DNA of 64,000 nt from an uncultured archaeon (lineage in GTDB: Archaea; Thermoproteota; EX4484-205; JAAOZP01): NCBI GenBank assembly GCA_938045545.1, contig CALIBN010000015.1, forward strand, positions 1 through 64,000, read 5' to 3'. The position numbers were made by a program, and so were the translations under genes. The notes under the pieces were generated by a model that had not been told where the DNA came from, did not search any database, and saw nothing but the letters and a program-made list of their open reading frames with translations. Positions within the stretch are counted from its first letter, which is position 1. The number at the start of each line of letters is the position of its first letter. Positions 1 to 10,192 of the stretch are shown here, piece by piece.

Positions 1-710
1 TGATGTAGACGGGCTGCAGCTGGACAGGATAAGAATGCCAAGGTCAGTAATCAGAGCAGAGGCTAGTGAAAGGCTCTACTTGGAGATGACCGGGCTCACC
101 CCAATAGTGATGAAAAGAGATGGCAGGAGTTCGTTAGAAACTAGGTCTCTCAAGGGGTGTGGAGAGTATGCGAAAAGGTTAAATCAGTGAAAAGGAGCCT
201 GAAGTTTTCAGCAGCGGTTTTCCCATCTCCTTCGAACGCTGCTGCAAACCAGCTTCAAGACTGGGAGAAGTGGGTTGAGGAAGGATGGGTTGACTACGTG
301 TACACAATGGCTTATGCACAGGAATTCTACATGTTCAAGGCTTATGTGGATGGGGAGAGGAAGGCTTGCGAACCTGCAAAACTATACGTCGGAATAGGTG
401 CATGACAATTGTCCCCATCTGAGCTGAAAAACAGGTAAAGTATGTTGTAGTCGACTCTGGACTGCCTGGGGTACTGGTGTTCAACGGGGATTCTCTTCTT
501 AACAACAGGGAGCTTCTGAAGGCTGTTAGGGAAGCGAAGGAGGGAAAGTTTGAAGAAGATTCGTCAAGCTTTACAATCATGCTCAGCGTTGCCTTAGTCA
601 TAATCTTGCTCTGCACGGCATTGTTCTTGCTCTACCCGCGCAGAAAGAAGCGGGGAAAAACCAGTTCTCAGAGTAAAGCTTATTTGGTTAATAGGTTTTT
701 CAAAGGTTAA
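1..710 (+). pseudogene. Glycoside hydrolase-like family 10 (GHL10/YddW-like) protein, 3' part with C-terminal membrane anchor; frameshifted
   Basis: Frames read DVDGLQLDRIRMP, then SAAVFP..QDWEKWVEEGWVDYVYTMAY, then a TM segment plus basic tail (477-710); frame changes and an in-frame TAG near 142. Confidence 0.65.
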
Positions 711-830
711 TGTCCAGGATAAATGTAAACTCTAAGCTTATCCAAGCCCGTAGCCCGGGGCTTGGTGGCCCCGGTGGCGCGCGGGGGCTATGCGGTAAAA
801 GTTTAAATCGTTCCAACTAGAGTATAACTT

Positions 831-1112
831 TTGGCAACCATGGTTGAACTTAGGGTGAAGGTAGGGGAAAAGGGGCAGATAATTATCCCAAAGATACTCA
901 GGGACAGATACGGAATACAGGAGGGGGTGCAGGTGATGATCGAGCCCGTGGAGGAAGGGGTTCTCATAAAGGGGAGGCCTTCTCCGGAAGAGGTGATGAG
1001 TAGACTCGGAAAGCATTTGGAGAGGATTAAGAAGCTTGGGGTCTCTGGTCCAAGATTGGGAGACCTTGGAAAGATCTGTCTTGAAATAGAGTTCGAGGAG
1101 AAGACGGGTTGA
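831..1112 (+). CDS. AbrB/MazE-family antitoxin (VapB-type); likely start ATG 840
   Basis: VKVGEKGQIIIPKILRDRYGIQEG AbrB signature; overlaps the PIN toxin gene by 4 nt. Confidence 0.9.
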   Translation: MATMVELRVKVGEKGQIIIPKILRDRYGIQEGVQVMIEPVEEGVLIKGRPSPEEVMSRLGKHLERIKKLGVSGPRLGDLGKICLEIEFEEKTG

Positions 1113-1564
1113 AGGTTTTCCTAGACTCTTGTTTTCTGATATATCTGAACACCATGACCAGCGAGAATAGGAGGCTTTTAGAAGAGCTCTTCAAGAAGCT
1201 GCTGGGCGAGCAGCTTTTCATCAACATGCTGGTTGTGGACGAAGTACTTTACATGTCTAGAAAGTATGGTGTTGCCTACGACGTTACGTTGGACTTCCTA
1301 AAAAGTATTATACTGCCCTACACGGAAGTAGTACCCATAGATGAGGAGGATTTTAAGCCCATTGAAAAGTATCTCGTAAACTACAATCTGAAGCCCTCTG
1401 ACGCCATACACTTGGCCACGATGGAGAAGGCTGGGATAAGTAGCATAGTGTCTGAAGACGAGGACTTTGACAAGGTTAAAGAGGTTAAGAGGATCTGGCT
1501 TGGCGTTGACAGCGCTTTTAAACAGGAGCGTGCGCTATCCGGTAAAAACCGCAGGGCCACATGA
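1109..1564 (+). CDS. vapC: PIN-domain toxin VapC
   Basis: VFLDSCFLI..VVDEV..LKPSDAIHLA..IVSEDEDFD PIN acidic motifs. Confidence 0.92.
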   Translation: MKVFLDSCFLIYLNTMTSENRRLLEELFKKLLGEQLFINMLVVDEVLYMSRKYGVAYDVTLDFLKSIILPYTEVVPIDEEDFKPIEKYLVNYNLKPSDAIHLATMEKAGISSIVSEDEDFDKVKEVKRIWLGVDSAFKQERALSGKNRRAT

Positions 1565-1701
1565 AGATACAAAATATCGATTATTCAGATCGTTTATTTA
1601 AGGTCGTTCCACCACCGTTTATCAAGTTTTATTCCTTGAAAGACTAGGCCCGTAAAGCGCCTTCCTCATTTTTTCCAATTCATTCAGCTGCGTTCAGGAT
1701 C

Positions 1702-3036
1702 CTAACTGCTCACCCTCACGTTTCTTATCCTTATTTTCGGTGCGACCCTACCAGCCTCGTTCCTAGTCATCCTGCCGACAGCGTCTACGGATCGAAGTAT
1801 CTCGAAAACAGTGCTTCCGACCATAGTGTTTTTCACGGGATGCTTCACCTCCCCGTTTTCAACGAGGAACCCGTGATCTATAAGGCTCGATATGTTTGTC
1901 GACCCCCCGACTGGACCCAGCGAGCTGTCGTAAACATATATTCCCCGCTTTACGTCTTTAAAAAGCTCCTCATCCCCGTAATCCCCCGGAGCTATCTGAA
2001 GATTAGTTAGGCTGGGCACAGGCTTCTCGGCTAAACTGGGCCTAGCTGCATGCCCATTGTTCTCAATATTCAAAGCGTTAGCCGTATAGGAATCAGTAAT
2101 ATAGTTCACCAGCAACCCTTTCTCAACTATCCTGACCCTGCTACAGGGGTAGCCCTCGTCGTCGAAAGGCGAGGAAGCCCAGCCGGAAGGATAGAGGGGA
2201 TCGTCGAGTATGCTCAATTTTTCACTCGCAACGCTAGACCCCAGTTTTCCAGAGTAGTAGGAGGATTTTTGGAGAACGTAGAACGCGTTCGCACCATAGC
2301 CGACGATGCGTTCCAGCGTCCCAAGCGTTGTCCTCTCGTCGAGAATCAGAGCATACTCGCCGCTCTCAACCCCTTTACCGCCCACGCTTTTAACAGCCTT
2401 CCTCGCAGCATTCTCCCCAGCCTCTTCAAACCTCAGCTCCGTAATGGATCTGGTTAGAAAATAATCGTACCCGGTTCCGATTTCACCATTATCCCCCTTC
2501 TTAAGCGCCTCAATGCCGAAGAAGAGCCTGGAAGACTTCTGCTTCCTCTCAACCCCCAGCGAGTTCGCGATGAAGCCTTCGGACACGCTTAGGCCAGCCC
2601 GGCCGGATGCATCAAGCGTCTTATCAACATTTTTCAAGGCCTGCACACCGTTTAAAACTTTCAACACAAGCTCCTCTGAGGTCAGCGCCGCTATAGCGTC
2701 GTCATACAGTCCCTGAACCTCCACCAGCTTTCCTTCTCCAGGAAGCGAGACGAAAGCATCATCCGGAGGCGTGCATCTCGCCAAGGCTATTGCCCTCTTC
2801 ACAGCCTTCTCAACCCTATGCTCATCGAGCAGCGTAGAGGTTGAAATACCGATCGACTTACCTATGTAAACCCTAACGCCGAAGGATGAGGAAAGACCCT
2901 CGTCAACACTCCTTACAAAACTCCTCTCCAGAGATAGGCTGAGAGACCTCTCCACCGAGGCGACTATTTCAGCTTGGCTGGCGCCAAGCCTCTCAGCAAG
3001 CCTAACCCCTTTAACACAGAGATCGAGCGCATCCAT
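1702..3036 (-). CDS. pmbA: TldD/PmbA family protein (PmbA/TldE subunit)
   Basis: PFDDEG, NNGHA and TNLQIAPG motifs; lacks HExxGH. Confidence 0.9.
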   Translation of the reverse strand: MDALDLCVKGVRLAERLGASQAEIVASVERSLSLSLERSFVRSVDEGLSSSFGVRVYIGKSIGISTSTLLDEHRVEKAVKRAIALARCTPPDDAFVSLPGEGKLVEVQGLYDDAIAALTSEELVLKVLNGVQALKNVDKTLDASGRAGLSVSEGFIANSLGVERKQKSSRLFFGIEALKKGDNGEIGTGYDYFLTRSITELRFEEAGENAARKAVKSVGGKGVESGEYALILDERTTLGTLERIVGYGANAFYVLQKSSYYSGKLGSSVASEKLSILDDPLYPSGWASSPFDDEGYPCSRVRIVEKGLLVNYITDSYTANALNIENNGHAARPSLAEKPVPSLTNLQIAPGDYGDEELFKDVKRGIYVYDSSLGPVGGSTNISSLIDHGFLVENGEVKHPVKNTMVGSTVFEILRSVDAVGRMTRNEAGRVAPKIRIRNVRVSS

Positions 3037-3072
3037 CTATCTCCTGCCCCCGACGACAATACCTCTCAGCGT
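3037..3072 (-). repeat. Diverged duplicate of the tldD 3' end (TLRGIVVGGRR*) abutting the pmbA start
   Basis: Aligns with tldD end AVKDVVVGGRR* at 3937-3972; differences across VVGGRR* are all at third codon positions. Confidence 0.75.
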
Positions 3073-3165
3073 ACGTTCCTCTCGGAAACCAGTATTCATC
3101 GAGAGTTCTTGTTGCTACAGGTATGTTTAAAAACTTTATGCGACAAAGAGGGAAATAGGCTAATC

Positions 3166-3830
3166 ATGAATATGATTAGAAAGAAGAAGTTCAAGTATCC
3201 TGATAACCTAGATGAGGAGAAGGTCATGAAGAAATGGAGGGAAGCATAGAGTTAGCTCCTTCTTTGATCAATTCGATATTTAAGAATGGACAGGTAAAGG
3301 TAATGAGACGTGGAGAATTGATCGGTAGGCTGAAGGAGATGGATATAGATCATGATGATGCAGAAGACATAATCTAAGCTGAGAAAAAGAAACTGCTACA
3401 CTATGATAGTAAAACACAATCATATTACTGGATCCAGGAGGGGGAAAGGGAGGAAGAGATTAACAAGACGGAACGATTGGAAAAGGCGATTGAAGACATA
3501 GTTATGAAGAGAAATGTGAAATGGCTTAGTAGAGAGGAGCTGATAAGGGAATTAATAGACAAGGAGTTTTCGAGAGAAGACATAGAAAGGGCCATTCGTG
3601 AAGCGATAAGGGACTGTGTAATTGATTCGCATGAATCTGAAGACATGCTTAGACTCGTTCCAGAAAAAGAACGAGCCAGAATGTGGGAGTTGAGAAGATT
3701 AGAAAGACTAGATTTAAAGAAAAGGCTTTATGAGAAGATGATGATAGAGCATGCATTAGGCTCGCGTGCTAGATGTCTATATTTACGGAAAAGGAGGTTA
3801 CAAAGTCGACTGGGAGCTGTTAATCGATGA
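3166..3830 (+). pseudogene. Degraded A-rich hypothetical gene (two helical/winged-helix-like units) inserted between tldD and pmbA
   Basis: Reading broken by stops at 3249 and ~3376; repeated RRGELIGRLKEMDIDHDDAEDII / SREELIRELIDKEFSREDIERAI units. Confidence 0.5.
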
Positions 3831-3936
3831 AGCAGAAGATGCCCGCAGAATTGCAGAGAAGCTTAAACCCCCCTATACCTAGACGCAAGGAAAGAAAGGA
3901 GGAGTGAGCTCATCTGTAGCAGATTAAGAACTCTCT

Positions 3937-5328
3937 TTATCTTCTACCGCCGACTACGACATCCTTCACAGCGAGATGCGGCCCCCCGCCGGAAACAGGA
4001 ACCCACTGCCCATCCTTCCCGCAAGTCCCAGGGAATGCTAGTTTCAAATCTTTTCCCACGCCTATCACGTTGTTCAACACGTCTAGGGTTAACCCGGACA
4101 TCGATACGTTTTGAACCTTCTCCCGTATTTTCCCGTTTTCAATCAGGTAGCCCTCCTGCGCGGTGAAGTAGAACTGCCCCCTAGCCGGGTCAACATACCC
4201 GCCGTAGGATTTCGCCAAATATATGCCATTCTTCACCAGTTCAGCAAGCTCCTCGAAGCTGTATTCACCGTTTTCAACGAAAGTGTTGCTCATCCTCACT
4301 ATTGGTTTGCTTGAAAAATTCATGGCTCTAGCAGCCCCGTTTGGCTTAGCATCTAGATGGGCAGCGGTCTCCAGCGAGTGAAGGTATCCTACAAGGATGC
4401 CGTTTCTAACTATTTCCCTTCTCTCCGCCTTCGTCCCCTCCGAGTCGTAAGGATATGATCCTCTCATTCCTGGGATGGTTGGGTCGTCAACCACGTTTAC
4501 AGTTTCCCCTCCAACCTTTTTGCCGATCAGCCCTGAAAGAATAGACCTGTTGGCCTTGACAGCATCAGCCTCAGCCGCATGCCCGAAAGCCTCGTGGATA
4601 AACACTCCCACCAGGCTCTGATCCATCAGGATGTTCATTCTCCCGCTGGGAGGGGGGAGAGCCCTAAGAAGATCGACGCCTCTTCTACCCAGCTCCGAGC
4701 CCTCCTTAACGTGGTCGAACTCTTCCACAAGCTCCCAGCCACTGCTTCCGCCTACGGCGGTACTCACGTTTTGAACAAGGTCACCATCTTTGGCGACCGC
4801 TGAGCCGGAGAGCCTTACGCTGCACACCTCGTAACGGACTTCTGAACCATAACTGTTCACAACGTATTCTTTTTTCACACTGTCAGAGAGCCCGACCATG
4901 GTTGTAACTATTCCCTCATTACCCTTCCATATGCACTTGTCGAACTCGAGGGCAATCTTCACTTTCTCCTCGAGCGAAACATCCCTAGGATCAGTCTTCA
5001 CGTTCAAGCGAACATCGTCCTCATAAGTTTTCTCTATCCTAATCCTTGACTTTTCAGCAACCTTCTCAGATACGGCTTTAGCTGTCCTGTAGGCTTTTTC
5101 CAAAGCAGAGTTTATCGCTTGAACGGAAAGATCAGTTGTGTAGTAGAACCCCCAGCCCCCGTTGAACAATACTCTCGCAGCACCGCCGATGCTCGTGTTA
5201 TGAGACACTTCTTCAACAACACCTTTTCTAATCGAAATTGATGTTGACTCCACCTCGGTTATCCTGAAGTCTGCAAAACCTTCACTCCCCAGCTCCAAGG
5301 AGCCGAATAGTTTCCTCATTTCACTCAA
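3937..5328 (-). CDS. tldD: TldD metalloprotease
   Basis: FIHEAFGHAAEAD, YDSEG, RMSNTF, CGKDGQWVPVSGGGPH. Confidence 0.95.
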   Translation of the reverse strand: MSEMRKLFGSLELGSEGFADFRITEVESTSISIRKGVVEEVSHNTSIGGAARVLFNGGWGFYYTTDLSVQAINSALEKAYRTAKAVSEKVAEKSRIRIEKTYEDDVRLNVKTDPRDVSLEEKVKIALEFDKCIWKGNEGIVTTMVGLSDSVKKEYVVNSYGSEVRYEVCSVRLSGSAVAKDGDLVQNVSTAVGGSSGWELVEEFDHVKEGSELGRRGVDLLRALPPPSGRMNILMDQSLVGVFIHEAFGHAAEADAVKANRSILSGLIGKKVGGETVNVVDDPTIPGMRGSYPYDSEGTKAERREIVRNGILVGYLHSLETAAHLDAKPNGAARAMNFSSKPIVRMSNTFVENGEYSFEELAELVKNGIYLAKSYGGYVDPARGQFYFTAQEGYLIENGKIREKVQNVSMSGLTLDVLNNVIGVGKDLKLAFPGTCGKDGQWVPVSGGGPHLAVKDVVVGGRR

Positions 5329-5433
5329 CTCGCGTTTAAGCTGTTTAAACGCTTTTATAACCTTTACCCGGTTTCCGGTTCAAGAATAAACTAAAGCCAA
5401 AAGCCTTAATATTGTTAATGCGTCTAAATCATT

Positions 5434-6768
5434 ATGATTGAAGACAGGGCTGTTGAGCTTCATAAGAAGTATGGGGGCAAGATCCAGGTTATTCCAAAGG
5501 TGCCTATTAAAAGCCTTGAAGACTTCTCAATATGGTATACGCCGGGGGTTGCCTCCCCATGCAGGCTGATATCCTCAGATAAAGAGCTTTCGTTCGAATT
5601 AACGTCGAGATGGAACCTGGTCGCGGTGGTTAGTGACGGCAGCAGGGTTCTCGGCCTCGGGAACATTGGGCCCTACGCTGGCTACCCGGTTATTGAGGGC
5701 AAATGTCTCCTTTTCAAGTTTCTAGGAGGCGTCGACGCTGTCCCGATAACATTAGCAACGCAGGACGCGGATAAGATAATAGAGACCGTAAGGCTGATTT
5801 CACCATCCTTCGGCGGAATAAATCTTGAGGACATTGAAAGCCCCAAGTGCTTCCAGATACTTGAAACCCTCCAAAAATCCCTGGAAATACCTGTTTGGCA
5901 CGATGACCAGCAGGGCACCTCGCTGGTAGTTTTGGCAGCGTTGATCAACGCGCTTAAAATCGTTGGGAAAAAGCTGGAGGAGGCCAGGATCACGATAATG
6001 GGCTCTGGAGCCGCAGGAATGGCTACTGCAAGACTACTGATTAAGGCAGGGGCGAGCGGGAGAAACATGCTGATCGTCGACAGCAAAGGGATTTTAAGCT
6101 CTTCAAGGTCGGACATGGAAAAACTATCGGCAGCAAACCCTTGGAAGGCCGAGCTGGCTATGAGGACAAATCCTGAGAATATCGAGGGTGGTGCTGAAGA
6201 TGCTTTAAAGGATTCGGACGTCTTAATCGCACTATCAGTTCCGAAGCCAGGTACAGTTAAGAAAGAATGGATACGTAAGATGGCTGGAGACCCGGTAGTC
6301 TTCGCCCTGGCGAACCCTCTCCCTGAAATATGGCCGGACGACGCTAAGGCCGGAGGCGCTAGAATCGTTGCTACGGGAAGAAGTGATTTTCCAAACCAGG
6401 TTAACAACAGTTTAGCCTTCCCCTCGGTTTTCAGAGGAGTGTTAACAGTAAGGTCTAGAGCGATAACTGATGAGCTTTGCATCGAGGGCGCTAGGTCCCT
6501 AGCGCTTTACGCTGAAAACAAGGGGTTGAACGAGAATAGCATATTGCCGACAATGGATGACTATATGGCTTATGTTGAAGTTGCTCGAAGCATTGCGAAA
6601 AAAGCTATTGAACTAAACCTGGCAAGGAGAAAATATTCTGACAATGAGCTGTATGACGCGATACATTCAATAATAGCGTATCAAAGAGTTTTAATGAGAA
6701 ACATGATTAAAAGCGGGTTGGCAGGCCAATATCAGCCTAACACTTGGCATGCACCTGGGGATGATTAG
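5434..6768 (+). CDS. mae: NAD(P)-dependent malic enzyme
   Basis: YTPGVA, VSDGSRVLGLGNIG, GGINLEDI, HDDQQGT, ATGRSDFPNQVNN. Confidence 0.95.
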   Translation: MIEDRAVELHKKYGGKIQVIPKVPIKSLEDFSIWYTPGVASPCRLISSDKELSFELTSRWNLVAVVSDGSRVLGLGNIGPYAGYPVIEGKCLLFKFLGGVDAVPITLATQDADKIIETVRLISPSFGGINLEDIESPKCFQILETLQKSLEIPVWHDDQQGTSLVVLAALINALKIVGKKLEEARITIMGSGAAGMATARLLIKAGASGRNMLIVDSKGILSSSRSDMEKLSAANPWKAELAMRTNPENIEGGAEDALKDSDVLIALSVPKPGTVKKEWIRKMAGDPVVFALANPLPEIWPDDAKAGGARIVATGRSDFPNQVNNSLAFPSVFRGVLTVRSRAITDELCIEGARSLALYAENKGLNENSILPTMDDYMAYVEVARSIAKKAIELNLARRKYSDNELYDAIHSIIAYQRVLMRNMIKSGLAGQYQPNTWHAPGDD

Positions 6769-6770
6769 GT

Positions 6771-7241
6771 TTGAATGGGGGTAAGCGCAGGTTAAGCGTA
6801 TGGACCATAGGACATGGAAGCCTTTCAAAAGACTTTTTCCTAAGCCTTTTGAAGAAGCACGGAATCAACCTGCTGGTGGATGTACGCAGGTTCCCAACAT
6901 CCAAGCTTGAGCATTTTCACAAAGAGAGTATGGAGAAATGGCTTCCGGAAGAAGGCGTGGAATACCTGTGGCTTGGAGAAGAGCTTGGGGGTTATCGTCG
7001 AGGAGGATACGAGAAACACATGGAGACAAGTCTTTTCAGAGAGGGTGTTGAAAAACTTCTAGACCTGGCGAGAGGCAGAAGAGTATGCATGATGTGTCTT
7101 GAAACCGATCCGAAATATTGCCACAGAAGGTTTATAGCGCGATATTTAAGAAAGAAGGGTGTTAGAATATTTCACATCAGTAGCGTTTCAAAGCGGGTTG
7201 AGAAGCCTGAATCCTACCCCTTTTCACCATCTCCTCCTTAA
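6771..7241 (+). CDS. DUF488 family protein
   Basis: WTIGHG, LVDVRRFPTS, LGGYR, MCLE..PKYCHR. Confidence 0.9.
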   Translation: MNGGKRRLSVWTIGHGSLSKDFFLSLLKKHGINLLVDVRRFPTSKLEHFHKESMEKWLPEEGVEYLWLGEELGGYRRGGYEKHMETSLFREGVEKLLDLARGRRVCMMCLETDPKYCHRRFIARYLRKKGVRIFHISSVSKRVEKPESYPFSPSPP

Positions 7242-7488
7242 CCCGTAGCACCGTCTACACGCATGTGATGCCTGGTTAGCGCGGCCCTTCTGCAGTTCGC
7301 GCATTTACAAAAAACCTCTGGCAATCCCTCTGTCCCGGCTGTCACTAGAAAATGATCCTAATATTCATCAGCATAAACACTAACGCGTGTAACCCTATTT
7401 AGAGTTAGCGGTGACGAGCCTACGATTAGCCCGCGATTAAACACTTTAGGAGAAACCTAAGAGGTGGGTATAAGCGTTCAGAATGGGT

Positions 7489-8899
7489 TTAAGCAGCCTC
7501 AGAGATTTTTTCGTGAGACAGAACCTTCAGCTCGTAAGTCCACTTATCGTAGTACAGGTTTCCCCCTTTCCACCCCACTTCCCCGCGTTGATTGTCAACA
7601 GTATCTGACCTAAAATACTTTTTAGGAGGAGTAAGGTTAACCGAGAGATCCGTGTTCGCCACAAGCCTGTAGTGATCGATGTTCCCGAAGTAGAACCGGC
7701 GGTACTTTTCAACCTTCCTCCAATGGCCGCCGAAAGACGGGTCTGCGTACAACCAGCCGTAGGGCTCAACGTAGAACTGGACCCAGTCGCGTGGACTCGG
7801 TCTAATGGGATTAAGATACCATCCTGACTGCCACCTGCCGGAACCCCGCTTATCCTGCATAGGGTTATGAAGAGCAGGGCTTGGACACCGCAGTCCCCCC
7901 TAAGGTTTCTCGCAGCATAATCACTGATGCATTCAATCGTCGAATATTCCGGCACCAGCGCGTAGCTAACGTTTCCCGTTATCCAATCGTATATGCGCCA
8001 AGCCTTAAGATAGGGGTTGGATTCCCCGGCGACGAGTTCGTCCGCAAGCCTTCCAAGATACGGTGTGAAGGCTACGTGTGGTAGAAACTCGGAAGTGAAC
8101 CTCCTGTATGACTCGCTCTCAATATAGGGGCTTACTCTCTCAGGATCTATCTCCACGTAGGCAGCGTTCACCACGTATTCGTATTCAACGCTGAATTCAA
8201 GCCCCCGTCTTTAACTGATTTTCCCTCGAAATATATATTGTCCTCTGGAGGGATTCTCCGGGGCAAGAAAATACTTCTCGGGTAAGTTGACACGAGTTTA
8301 ACAAACGGTTGCAACTCATTCCTCTGAGGGAAGGGAATCCAGACCCTTACGGTCTCCCCTTCCGGAACAGCCTCAGGCTTAACCCTTAAAACCATTGACA
8401 CTCTGTTTTTGACCGGCTCCACATGCCTAGTGCCTAATTCTACTGCTCTACGAACAACGGTGTCTAAATGTTTACGCAGCATGCCTGTGATCTCAGTATA
8501 GTTCCTTGCTTTAATTCTGCTTCTAACTTCATCTCTTTCCCTCAAGAAGTTAGGTAGAAAGTTTCTGAAGATCCTTATTTCCCCCTCAATCTCCATATGG
8601 TCTATGAGGCCTTACCCAAGCCATTCGTCGAACTCACTCATAGTTAAACCCGGTATCTGCTCACTAAGCGATTTGAAAGCGTCCTCTTTTTAAAGACAGT
8701 AGTCCCACTTAACCCTCATAATCCTCTCCAGTTCCCATTCTAACCTGGATCTGAGAAGCGTGGGAAGCGTCCTTCCATCAGACAGCAACCGGTTTATCGC
8801 GCCCACGGCCTCTTTAAACAAGCCTTCCTACTCAAGGCGGCGAACCGCATCGGGTAAGCCGGCCACTAGGAATCCAGCATCTAGATCATCATTCTGCAA
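7489..8899 (-). pseudogene. Transglutaminase-like domain protein; multiple frameshifts and in-frame stops
   Basis: Fragments VRVWIPFP / GDCGVQALLFITLCRISGVPA / RWQSGW..DWVQFYVEPYGWLYADPSFG in different frames; stops near 8829 and 8690. Confidence 0.85.
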
Positions 8900-8989
8900 G
8901 CCTGTTTAACTAGCGGCGAATACCTATTTAGGTATTAGCTGGCAAAGTATAAATCCTTATGCATAACTAAAATTAACGAATCGGAAGCC

Positions 8990-9826
8990 ATGCGCATGAG
9001 GAGCCATCCATCCTTTCCCTGCCCCGAGCAGAAAACACCCCGCTACACAGCCTACCGTGTTCCGAGCCCATCTGTGTTGACGCGTTTTTGGACAGGTTTG
9101 TTGGCAAAGGTGCCTCGCCCCCCCGGTTTGTCGACCTTGTGAGCGGCAGGCCGGCTCTTTACGACACGTATGCAGCAGTACTCTGGATGATGAAAACCTT
9201 TACGTTGGATTCTGGGTTGAAGAGCCCCTGGTGGTTGCCACCCTTACTGAGCGCGACTCCCCGATCTACAAGGATAACGACGTGGAGCTTTTTATAGCCG
9301 GTAGAGACGCCTACTATGAGTTCGAGATCAACGCGCTCGCAACCCTTTATGAGGCTCTCTTCATATGGGAGGATACTTATGAGAAATCCGGCTACAGTAG
9401 GCTTCCAGAGTTTAGAAGAGATGCTCCGGTGTAAGGCTTTTCCCAGGAGTAGGCTTCAGAAACCATCTCCGGGGGCGGAGAATAGGATTCTGGAACTGGG
9501 ATTTTCCTAGCTTAAAAGCAGGTGTTCATGTTGACGGTACTCTTAACAATAACCAGGATAGGGACAGGGGCTGGACTGTTAAGCTAGCTCTACCCTGGAG
9601 AGGAATGAGGGTGCTCGCCATGCCTGACAACAGGCCACTCCCCCCTAGGGATGGGGAAGCCTGGCGTATGAACTTCTTCCGCTTCAGCCAGTATAAGGAG
9701 GCTCCAGCACAGGACTCTGGAGGCTGGGCCTGGAGCCCTCATTACGTGTGGGATTCTCACGTTCCCGAATGCTATCCCTTCATACACTTCTCTTCGAAAA
9801 CAGTGGCTGAGGCAGGGGAACGCTAG
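8990..9826 (+). pseudogene. Carbohydrate-binding family 9-like protein; frameshifted
   Basis: Fragments RFVDLVSG, WDDENLYV, IYKDNDVELFI..YYEFEINAL, WRMNFFRF..WAWSPH split across frames. Confidence 0.8.
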
Positions 9827-9940
9827 AAGCATTGCCGCATGACCCTGCAGGCCTAGAGCAACATGCTTAAACGTTGAAAACAAGGATAAAGCTTTTAACC
9901 CTGTGGAGGACTTATTGAACGAGGCTGAGGGAAAAACCAT

Positions 9941-10192
9941 ATGGTTGACAAGCAGTGCTTCACACACCTCCTCATAGCCATAATTCTAATCTTTTTCACA
10001 GCCGTGACTATTTTTACGCTTAGAACAATAGAGGTGACGAAGCATCGCCAACTGGAACTGCCTTATCAAGACGGTTTAACGCGTGGGGTCTTCTGTCCGA
10101 AGTGTTTCAGCTCAACCGGTTTAGAACCTACAGGTAATAATGCTTTTAGATGTAAAAACTGCGGTTTCGTTTTCAGCTTCGGAACCCCTTGA
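9941..10192 (+). CDS. Small membrane-anchored zinc-ribbon protein
   Basis: N-terminal TM helix; CPKC...CKNC. Confidence 0.55.
   Translation: MVDKQCFTHLLIAIILIFFTAVTIFTLRTIEVTKHRQLELPYQDGLTRGVFCPKCFSSTGLEPTGNNAFRCKNCGFVFSFGTP

Noticed and set aside
5682-6482. Long antisense ORFs (this 266-aa one, also 23676-24341 and 43114-43569)
   Set aside because: Shadows of well-supported genes on the opposite strand, with no recognisable motifs.
7489-9826. Programmed frameshifting or stop-codon recoding in the broken genes
   Set aside because: Lesions are multiple and mixed (TAG, TAA, indels) and intact genes end in all three stop codons, so decay is the simpler explanation.
9835-9885. Possible further IS right-end echo (ATGACCCTGCAGG..CATGCTTAAAC)
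   Set aside because: Similarity too short to distinguish from chance by eye.
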